NCBI GenBank assembly: GCA_003561495.1
Contig: PWWM01000065.1
Coordinates: forward strand, 1 to 44,518
Direction of reading: 5' to 3'
DNA length: 44,518 nt
DNA from: Gammaproteobacteria bacterium
GTDB lineage: Bacteria; Pseudomonadota; Gammaproteobacteria; Xanthomonadales; Wenzhouxiangellaceae
How positions within the stretch are numbered: the first letter of the stretch is position 1; each line of letters opens with the position of its first letter. Position numbers and translations under genes: made by a program. Positions 37,072 through 44,518 of the stretch are shown piece after piece. The notes below the pieces were generated by a model. It worked only from the letters and a program-made list of their open reading frames with translations, ran no database searches and was not told where the DNA came from.

Positions 37072-37656
37072 ATGGCGCAGGATGCCACCCGTGATCAGGA
37101 CTGGGGGGAAATCACGCGCCTGTTGCACCATTGGCGAGCAGGCGATGAAGGTGCGCGCGAGCTGCTGATCCGGCGCGTCTACGATACCTTGCACCAGCTT
37201 GCCAACCGCCAGTTCGCGCGCGAGCGCGCCGGCCATACTCTCCAGCCCACCGCCCTGGTGCACGAGGTCTTCATGAACCTGGACGGCAGCAACGTCGACT
37301 GGCGCGACCGCAATCACTTCTACGCCACCGTGGCGCGCGCCATGCGGCGCTTGCTGGTCGATCACGCCCGGCGTCGCCAGCGCGCCATGCGCGGTGGTGA
37401 CCGGGTGCGTGTTGAACTGACCGGCTCAAAACTGGCCGCGCCGGAACCCCATGTCGATCTGCTGGCCCTGGATGAAGCGCTCGAGCGGCTGGCCGAGCAC
37501 AGTCCGCGCGCCGCCGAGATCATGGAACTGACCTACTTCGGCGGCCTGAACCGCGATGCCGTGGCCGAGGTGCTGGGCATCGGCGCCCGCACGGTCGACC
37601 GCGATCTCAGCCTGGCCCGCGCCTGGCTACGCCGCAAGCTGGAAGCCAACGTCTAA
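37072..37656 (+). CDS. ECF sigma factor, kinase-associated (ECF43 / EcfK-like)
   Basis: ITRLLHHWRAGD, HTLQPTALVHEVF, RNHFYATVARAMRRLLVDHAR, VDRDLSLARAWL. Adjacent to the kinase, no anti-sigma nearby. Confidence 0.92.
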   Translation: MAQDATRDQDWGEITRLLHHWRAGDEGARELLIRRVYDTLHQLANRQFARERAGHTLQPTALVHEVFMNLDGSNVDWRDRNHFYATVARAMRRLLVDHARRRQRAMRGGDRVRVELTGSKLAAPEPHVDLLALDEALERLAEHSPRAAEIMELTYFGGLNRDAVAEVLGIGARTVDRDLSLARAWLRRKLEANV

Positions 37657-37780
37657 AGCCGCCCGAGTTCGAGCGGGGGTTTGGGCGCATGACTCGGGTG
37701 GCTGTTGGGCTCAAGGCCGCAGGTCGCGGTTACATCCCCGACGGTCGACCGTGAATTCATGCACACGGCCGGGTTCGATT

Positions 37781-39781
37781 TCAGGTTCTCGCCAGCTCAC
37801 TGCGTACCAGCTCGGCCAGGTAACGGCAGTAGCGGTCCAGATAGTTGAGTCCTTCGTCGCGGCCCGCCAGCCACGGGTTCATCAGGGTGTGGCGAAGCAG
37901 GAAGATGCTGTCGGCCTGGTCGCCGGAGTCGCCGGGATCTTCCACGAAGGTGGCCGGGTCCAGGCCGAGTTCAGTGACCAGGCGTTCGGCCACCGCCGAG
38001 CTCAGGGCCGAGCGATGCACCAGGGTGCGTGATCCGAAGAACTCGCGCTGGTGGATGTGCATGCCGCCGCCGACGCGCAGGTGGGCATAGATGCGTTTGC
38101 CGAAGGCGTTCATGGCGCCCAGGCTGCGGTTGCCTTCGGGGTTGATGGCCAGGCAGATCAGGTTGGTGTCGGGCTCGAAGGGCAGCACGATGCGGGCGAT
38201 GCCTTTCAGGTTCTGGCGCAACTCGTCGATGTGGTCGAAGAAGTACTCGTTGTTGCGAATGGTCTCGGCGCATAGCCGACCAAAGTGGTCATGATCCAGC
38301 GGCAGGACCTTGTGAGTGACCCAGACGCCGGCCGCGGCTGCACCCGGTTTGGAGCCTTCCAGGATGTACTGGCCGAGATTGCGGAAACGGCGTTCGTACT
38401 CGCGCTCGGCAGTCGATTCCTCGGGATCGAACACGTAGGCGGCCCGCTGGCTGATGAAATCGGTCATGCTGCGGTTGCGGGCCACGTAGGCGCCGCAGCC
38501 GAAGGGCACGTAACCGAGCTTGTGCGGGTCGACCGTGATCGAGTCGGCATGACGCAGGGCGGCGAAGGACTGGTAGACGGGCGCGGACGGAAAATGGGCG
38601 AATTGCTCGCGCAGGGTATCGTGCGACACCAGGCTGCCGTCGGCATGGCGAAAGATACTGGCCAGATAGCCGCCCCAGGCAGCATCGATGTGGATGCCGA
38701 AATCCAGGCCCTGGCGGCGCTGGCGCTGGCGGGCGGCAACGATGTCGTCGATGGGGTCGATGCTGCCGTACTCGGTGGTGCCGAGCACACCGATGACCGC
38801 GAGAACCGGCTGTTGATCACGACGGCATTCATCCAGTGCGCGATCCAGGGCCTGGCCATCCATGCGCATGCGTTCATCGACGGCGATGGTGTGCAGGTTG
38901 GCACTGCCCAGTCCGAGCAATTTCAGCGCCTTTTCCCACGAATAGTGGGCGGTGACCGGGACCATCACCTTTGGTGTGGCCAGGTCCGGGCGGCGCTGAT
39001 GGAACTCGGCCATGCCCAGCGTCTCGACCCGTTCGGATTCGATCAGGGCGGCCAGCTTGTGGGCCTGTGCCGGGCTGTGGTCGCGTTGGAGCTGGGCCAA
39101 CAACTCGCGACGCAGGTGGATGACCTGGTCGATGCCGAGATTGAATAACTGCCAGTCCGAGGCGCGCGCGAATTCGTCTTCCAGGCCGCTCAGTGATCCC
39201 ACCTCGACCTGGGCCTCGCGCAAGGCGCGGGCGGCGGCCAGCGGCCAGTAGCGTAATGCGCGCAGGTACCACAAGGCTTCGTCGTTGGCCAGCGTGCCGC
39301 CCGAGGTGACATGGCCCCAGGCACAGGGCTCGACCTTCGGATCGATGTTGAAACCGAACATGGTCGCCAGTTGCAACCCGACCTGCAGTTCGAGTTCCAG
39401 GGTGACCGGCGCGGCCTCATCGGTGACGTGGTTGGGGTTGTAAAGCGTGGTGACCAGTTGTGCGATCAGGCCCGGCAGCAGCAGATCCGAGGCCATGTGG
39501 CCGATGTAGCGTGGATTGAAGAACGGCGCCGAATTTTTCAGCCGCGCGCTCAGGCCATGCAGCTCGCTCTTCATGCGCCCGACAAATTCCTGAAAGTCGC
39601 GGTCGTAGCGGGCCATGACCGGAATTTGTGGCCGGTCCTCGGGGTGGACGTTGCGCCGCCAGTAGACATGGTCGCGCAGAAATTCCACCAGCACTTTCTC
39701 CAGCAGCTCGTCGTTTTCGGCGTAAGTGCCGAGAAACAGGGGGTGCAGCCAGCCCCGGGAATTGTTTTCGGGTTGGTTCAT
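37781..39781 (-). CDS. Group II PLP-dependent decarboxylase (tyrosine decarboxylase-like)
   Basis: PRYIGHM, WGHVTSGGTLAN, HYSWEK, GTTEYGSIDP, HIDAAWGGY, SITVDPHKLGY (PLP Lys), LEGSKPGAAAA. Confidence 0.9.
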   Translation of the reverse strand: MNQPENNSRGWLHPLFLGTYAENDELLEKVLVEFLRDHVYWRRNVHPEDRPQIPVMARYDRDFQEFVGRMKSELHGLSARLKNSAPFFNPRYIGHMASDLLLPGLIAQLVTTLYNPNHVTDEAAPVTLELELQVGLQLATMFGFNIDPKVEPCAWGHVTSGGTLANDEALWYLRALRYWPLAAARALREAQVEVGSLSGLEDEFARASDWQLFNLGIDQVIHLRRELLAQLQRDHSPAQAHKLAALIESERVETLGMAEFHQRRPDLATPKVMVPVTAHYSWEKALKLLGLGSANLHTIAVDERMRMDGQALDRALDECRRDQQPVLAVIGVLGTTEYGSIDPIDDIVAARQRQRRQGLDFGIHIDAAWGGYLASIFRHADGSLVSHDTLREQFAHFPSAPVYQSFAALRHADSITVDPHKLGYVPFGCGAYVARNRSMTDFISQRAAYVFDPEESTAEREYERRFRNLGQYILEGSKPGAAAAGVWVTHKVLPLDHDHFGRLCAETIRNNEYFFDHIDELRQNLKGIARIVLPFEPDTNLICLAINPEGNRSLGAMNAFGKRIYAHLRVGGGMHIHQREFFGSRTLVHRSALSSAVAERLVTELGLDPATFVEDPGDSGDQADSIFLLRHTLMNPWLAGRDEGLNYLDRYCRYLAELVRSELART

Positions 39782-39983
39782 GGGATCTACAATTCGTTCA
39801 TCTCCAATCTCATTATCCGGCCGGTCGCCGATCCACATCGTTGACGACCGTCAAATTCCCGGCCTCGAGGGCCGGGCCCGGGAACAGCACGCCCATGACC
39901 TCTGGCCCATGACAGATCCCGCAATCTCCTGATAATTTGCCCCGATTGCTTCTGCCGTCATTCTCTTGTCAAGGAGTCCTTCC

Positions 39984-42734
39984 ATGTTCTCGCAACGATC
40001 TACCGCAATTTCTCTGGCCGGCCTGCTGTTGTGCCTGCCGCTTGTGCTCAAGGCCGAATCGGTCGAATCGCTGGCTTACCTGGACAATCTGCCGCCCCTG
40101 CTGGATCGCGAATTGTTCTTCGACGATGCCGAGATCTCCGGCGCCCAGATTTCACCCGATGGCCGCTACATGGCCTTCATGCGCCCCCACCAGGGGGTGC
40201 GCAATATCTGGCTCAAGAATATCGACCAGTCTTTCGATGAGGCCCGTCCGGTGACCGCCGATTCCAGGCCGGTGCCCGGGTACTTCTGGAGTCAGGACAG
40301 TGGTTACCTGCTCTATATTCAAGACCGCGACGGGGATGAGGATTTTCACGTTTGGGCGGTCGATCCCAGCGGCGAGCTCGATGCCGAGACCGAGGTCCCC
40401 GAAGCTCGCAACCTGACCGATCTGGATGGCGTGCGCGCCATGATCATCGCCGTGCCGCGCAACACCCCCGATCGGATCCTGGTGGGTCTCAACGATCGCG
40501 ATCCGGCCCTGCACGATGTCTACGCCGTGAGCATCAGCACCGGCGAGCGCGAGTTGCTGATCCAGAACGACCTCAATGTTGCCGGCTGGTCGGCCGACCT
40601 GGAAGGCCAGGTCCGTCTGGCCATGCGCCAGACCAGCGAAGGGGGCACCGAGATCCTCGAGGTCAACAACGGCGAGCTGGGTGAGGTGGTCTACGAATGC
40701 AGCTGGCTGGAAAGCTGCGGGCCGATGAACTTCCACCCGGATGGACAGTCGGTTTGGTTCATGTCCAACAAGGGTGAGGATGTCGACCTGACCGGTCTGT
40801 ATGAATTCAACCTGGAGACCCGTGAAAAGACATTGTTCGAGCGCGATCCGGAAGGCGAGGTGGATTTCGCCGGAGCGATTTTCCACCCGGAAGATGACCG
40901 ACTGCTGGCCACGGTTTATATCGGTGATCGGCCGAGAATCTATCCGCATGACGATGACTTTGCCGCCGACCTGGAATTCCTGCGCAGTGAATTGCCCGAA
41001 GGGCAGATCGGTTTGCCGTCCCAGACCCGTGACGGTCGCCTGGCCCTGGTCAGCCTGTCGCGTGATGTTGACCCCGGTACGGTCTACCTGTTTGATCGCG
41101 AGCAGCAAACCGTTGAAAAGCTTTACCGTTCCCGGCCCGAGATTCCGGTCGAACACATGGCCGAGATGCAGCCGATTCGCTATACCGCTCGCGATGGCCT
41201 GGAAATTCCCGGCTACCTGAGCCTGCCCAATGGCGTGCCGGCTGAAAATCTGGCGGTGGTTGCCCTGATCCACGGGGGGCCGTGGGCGCGCGACACCTGG
41301 GGCTACCGCGCCCAGGTCCAGTTTCTGACCAACCGCGGCTATGCCGTGTTCCAGCCCAACTTCCGTGCTTCCACCGGTTTCGGCAAGGACTTTCTCAATG
41401 CCGGCAACCTGGAGTGGGGCGATGCCATGCAGGATGACATCACCGATGGCGTCCAATACCTGGTCGAACAAGGCATCGCCGACCCGGAGCGTGTCTGCAT
41501 CATGGGCGGGTCTTATGGTGGTTACGCCACACTGGCGGGCATGGTGTTCACGCCGGATCTGTATGCCTGCGGGGTCAATATCGTCGGCGTGTCCAACCTG
41601 ATCACGCTGATCAACTCCATTCCGGCTTACTGGGGCCCGGCCCGCAAGATGTTCACCCTGCGCATGGGCGACCCGGACACGCCCGAGGGCCGCGCCCAGC
41701 TGGAGCGCCAGTCGCCGATCAACCATGTCGACAACATCAAGCGTCCGCTGCTGGTGATTCATGGCGCCAACGATCCGCGCGTGCGTCAGGCCGAGGCCGA
41801 CCAGATCGTGGTCGCCATGCGTGAGGCCGGACTGCCGGTGGAGTACATCGTGGCGCCGGATGAAGGTCACGGTTTCCGCGACCGCGAGAATCGCCTGGCC
41901 ATGTTTGCCCGCATTGAACAATTCCTGGCCGGCCACCTGGGTGGGCGTTACCAGGCCGAACGGCCCAAGCCCATCGCTGAACGTCTGGCTGCGATTACCG
42001 TGGATGTCGATACGGTCGAAGTCACTGACCTGGCGGACGAACTGGCCGCCGCCCGGACCCGGCCCTTGCCGACCGTGGATGCCGATCAGGTCGCCACCGG
42101 ACAGTTCGAATACCAGACTCGCCTCAGCATGGGTGGTGGCGAAATGAGCATCGACTCGAAGCGCAACATCCGTCACGACAGCGAAGATGATCGGACGGTA
42201 CTGGTGATCGAGTCTTCCAGCACGACGCCGATGGGAGAAGTCAGCGATCTGTACCGGATCGATGCCACCACCCTGCGCCCGATCAGCCGGGTTACGCGCC
42301 AGGGACCGGCCACCATCGAGATTGAATTCGACAGCCGCGAGATCACCGGCCAGATTGATGCCGGCGGCATGCAAATGCCGGTCCAGATCGACCTGGACGC
42401 CCCGGTTTTCGGTGGTGATGCCGGACTGGAGACCGTGTTGACCGCGCTGCCGCTGAGCGAAGGTTACCGCTCGCCGGTGCGCTTTGCCGAAGTCAGCATG
42501 CAGCAGCGAGTACGCTTTTTGCAGATCGAGGTGCAGGCACTCGAGACCATCGAAATCGCGGACGGTGAATTCCAGGCCTGGCCGGTCAAGCTCTCACCCC
42601 TGGATGGTGACGGCGGCGCTCAAACAATCTGGATCAGCGATGACGCACCGCGCATGCTGCTCAAGGCCTCAGGCCGCCTGCCGGCCGAAATGGGTGGCGC
42701 GGAATTTTTGACCGAACTGACCGGTTTCGAGTAG
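39984..42734 (+). CDS. Secreted S9 family serine peptidase with a C-terminal extension
   Basis: AAGGAG RBS, signal peptide, propeller, IHGGPWARD, GGSYGG, HGANDPRV, DEGHGF, then ~220 extra residues. Confidence 0.93.
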   Translation: MFSQRSTAISLAGLLLCLPLVLKAESVESLAYLDNLPPLLDRELFFDDAEISGAQISPDGRYMAFMRPHQGVRNIWLKNIDQSFDEARPVTADSRPVPGYFWSQDSGYLLYIQDRDGDEDFHVWAVDPSGELDAETEVPEARNLTDLDGVRAMIIAVPRNTPDRILVGLNDRDPALHDVYAVSISTGERELLIQNDLNVAGWSADLEGQVRLAMRQTSEGGTEILEVNNGELGEVVYECSWLESCGPMNFHPDGQSVWFMSNKGEDVDLTGLYEFNLETREKTLFERDPEGEVDFAGAIFHPEDDRLLATVYIGDRPRIYPHDDDFAADLEFLRSELPEGQIGLPSQTRDGRLALVSLSRDVDPGTVYLFDREQQTVEKLYRSRPEIPVEHMAEMQPIRYTARDGLEIPGYLSLPNGVPAENLAVVALIHGGPWARDTWGYRAQVQFLTNRGYAVFQPNFRASTGFGKDFLNAGNLEWGDAMQDDITDGVQYLVEQGIADPERVCIMGGSYGGYATLAGMVFTPDLYACGVNIVGVSNLITLINSIPAYWGPARKMFTLRMGDPDTPEGRAQLERQSPINHVDNIKRPLLVIHGANDPRVRQAEADQIVVAMREAGLPVEYIVAPDEGHGFRDRENRLAMFARIEQFLAGHLGGRYQAERPKPIAERLAAITVDVDTVEVTDLADELAAARTRPLPTVDADQVATGQFEYQTRLSMGGGEMSIDSKRNIRHDSEDDRTVLVIESSSTTPMGEVSDLYRIDATTLRPISRVTRQGPATIEIEFDSREITGQIDAGGMQMPVQIDLDAPVFGGDAGLETVLTALPLSEGYRSPVRFAEVSMQQRVRFLQIEVQALETIEIADGEFQAWPVKLSPLDGDGGAQTIWISDDAPRMLLKASGRLPAEMGGAEFLTELTGFE

Positions 42735-42777
42735 CCCAGGACTTAACGATAGGGTTTCAGCGAGTCGTTTCGACCCG

Positions 42778-42806
42778 GGCCGGGCACCTGACTCAGGTGC
42801 CCGGCC
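42778..42806. terminator. GC-rich hairpin between convergent genes
   Basis: ggccgggcacctg-act-caggtgcccggcc. Confidence 0.6.
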
Positions 42807-42819
42807 TGTCAGTTTCGGA

Positions 42820-43828
42820 TCACTCAAACCGGTCGCGGAATAGCCTGTCGTTGACCGTGGTGCTGGATGATGAGCTGCTATCGGTGCTGTCGCCTGGCAG
42901 GACCGGCGCGGCGCTGGTACTGGCTTCCAACTCCTGGGTGTAAAGCTCATCGCCGTCGATCGAAGTCACGATCGTGAACCGCAGGCCGCTATGTTGCGGA
43001 AGGTCGAATACCAAGTTGGGGAGTCCGCTGCCGCTGGATACGGGGCACACGGCGTTGGTGCCCGGAACCGGCGCACAGGTCCATTCGACGGAGTCAGGCT
43101 CCGGATTGGCCGAAACGGAAAATTCCACATCACGGGCGCGGTTCGATCCGACATTGAGTACATCGACGGTATACAGCAGGCTTGATGCACTGCCGCGCAT
43201 CAGGAGCGACGGGGACTGACCGGCCGGCATGCTGTCGATCTCCTCCACCTCGATGTCGATTTCAATCTGGGCGCCACCGAGGTCACGAACAAAGTGACCA
43301 AAGTGGGATGCCACTTCGCCGCCGGCCTTGCTGAAGTTGCCCGCAACCAGCAGGTCCGGACCATCCAGGGCCAGACCGATGACCCGGGCATTGCCGGGGC
43401 TGTCGACTCCGCTGGTGGTTGCATCCGCACCGACCTTGTGCCATTGACTGCCATCCCAGCGCGCCAGGTTGTTGACTCGCAGTCCGTCGGCATGAGTGAA
43501 ATTGCCGCCGACATACACATCCGATCCATCGGCTCGAATCGACAGGACACCTACCGTGGGATTCGAATCGTGGCTGAAGTCGCCGACGGGCTCGAAGTCG
43601 TCTTCGGCCGGGTCGTAGACGAACAAGGTTCCGGATTTCTGGCCACAGACATGGCCCTGAAGACTCAGGTACACATGACCAGCATTGGTCGTGTCCAGCG
43701 TCTGCACGTTCCAGGTACAGCCGTGCGGAACAGAGGAGTCCCCGGTCCAGAACCCCGGCGTACCCTGTGACAGGGCGCGTATGGGGGAAAAAGAACAGCA
43801 CCACAAGAATACAGGTGGTTCTGAACAT
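42820..43828 (-). pseudogene. Secreted beta-propeller-repeat + DUF11-like protein, frameshifted in its signal peptide
   Basis: GGGAG RBS and ATG 43828 give MFRTTCILVVLFF. Removing one base from the T5C5 run (43783-43792) joins this to SPIRALS-QGTPGFW... as a 335-aa frame. Contains VYVGGNFT..NNLARWDG repeats and ends NDRLFRDRFE. Confidence 0.75.
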
Positions 43829-44071
43829 CGGACGATCTCCCTAAACATATCACCTTTGCATATTGACTATAACTACGCAAAACTCGAAAATCCGCGCCAC
43901 ATCAAGAACGCCGATTGCATCACCGCCACACCGGCGCGCCGAGACCATGCCGTCAACTGCTGTAGCCTGGCGGTGGGTATTGCTTGAACCGACGCAATCG
44001 TGCGCTTAAGCTTCTCATTGGCATCCGGACGACCAGCGGGCCATTCACTGATGAATCGCAAGGAGACAGGC

Positions 44072-44518
44072 ATGAAGGTCAGAGCGCGGACGAACAGCAC
44101 CTCTCGGCAGACGGTCGGCGCAATCCTTTTGGCCGGGGTGCTGGCCCTGGTGGGTTGTGGCAACGGGGACACTCCGGCATCCCCGCCTGCTCCAGTCGAT
44201 CATGACGAAACCGGGCAATTGCCCGAAGTCGTCGACGAGCACGAGGTCGTCGAGGCGCAGGAGACGGCCTCCCCGGTCCAGACCGTCGATCTGACGGCCG
44301 AGGACGGGTTCAATGCGCCCCTTCCGGTCGAGCACAATCATGCTCCCGGCACCGGAGAGCTCGTCCTCGGCGGCGAACGCATCGCAATGGAACTGGGCTG
44401 CACCGATCCTTCCGTCCATCGCAACTGGCTGTTCACACTGATCGTGAGGGCGCGGGGCGAGGACTCGGCAGGCCACCCTATTGGGGTGGAGGCACAGCGC
44501 GCGATCTCGGGGCAGGCA
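44072..44518 (+). CDS. Lipoprotein, 3'-truncated by window
   Basis: AAGGAG RBS. MKVRARTNSTSRQTVGAILLAGVLALVGCGNG with lipobox LVGC. Frame open to the window end and absent from the ORF track. Confidence 0.8.
   Translation, partial: MKVRARTNSTSRQTVGAILLAGVLALVGCGNGDTPASPPAPVDHDETGQLPEVVDEHEVVEAQETASPVQTVDLTAEDGFNAPLPVEHNHAPGTGELVLGGERIAMELGCTDPSVHRNWLFTLIVRARGEDSAGHPIGVEAQRAISGQA

Noticed and set aside
40152-42374. 740-aa antisense ORF, and similar long ones at 1315..2694, 21369..22730 and 34460..35827
   Set aside because: They lie opposite well-supported genes and carry no motifs. Such shadow ORFs are expected from high-GC codon bias.
42700-42734. S9 peptidase C-terminus ...TELTGFE as a sixth DRFE tail
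   Set aside because: Only the final FE matches. It lacks the D-x-hydrophobic-F-x-D pattern.
44045-44476. 143-aa minus-strand ORF
   Set aside because: It is antisense to a plus-strand lipoprotein frame with a strong RBS and lipobox.

Overview
GC-rich gammaproteobacterial chromosomal segment. The gene content resembles Wenzhouxiangella and relatives, which is an inference. From left to right it holds: the 3' end of a probable type III restriction (Res)/helicase-nuclease gene, repeated as a diverged truncated copy 3.7 kb downstream, with an arsenic cassette (arsR-arsC-acr3-CC-motif protein-usp) between the copies; a beta-propeller/Y_Y_Y GGDEF cyclase; a sulfur cluster (cytochrome c, FccB-type sulfide dehydrogenase, YeeE/YedE, fused SoxY-SoxZ) divergent from a Cds1-like cysteine desulfhydrase; phospholipase D and patatin; a TonB receptor with a Fur-like box; two divergent pairs of an unknown secreted protein and a wHTH-TolB-TPR regulator, one broken by a 265-bp MITE; large secreted modular proteins; a Ser/Thr kinase with an ECF43-type sigma; a PLP decarboxylase; an S9 peptidase; and a partial lipoprotein. 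The most notable signal is a 9-residue tail, D-x-[IVL]-[FL]-x-D-R-F-E, at the C-terminus of five reading frames: four otherwise dissimilar secreted proteins and one gene relic missing from the ORF track. None has a recognisable transmembrane anchor, beta-barrel or known sorting signal, so this is a candidate uncharacterised C-terminal sorting or docking system. Three of the five frames are inactivated (amber stop, homopolymer frameshift, deletion relic). I saw no rRNA, tRNA or CRISPR array.
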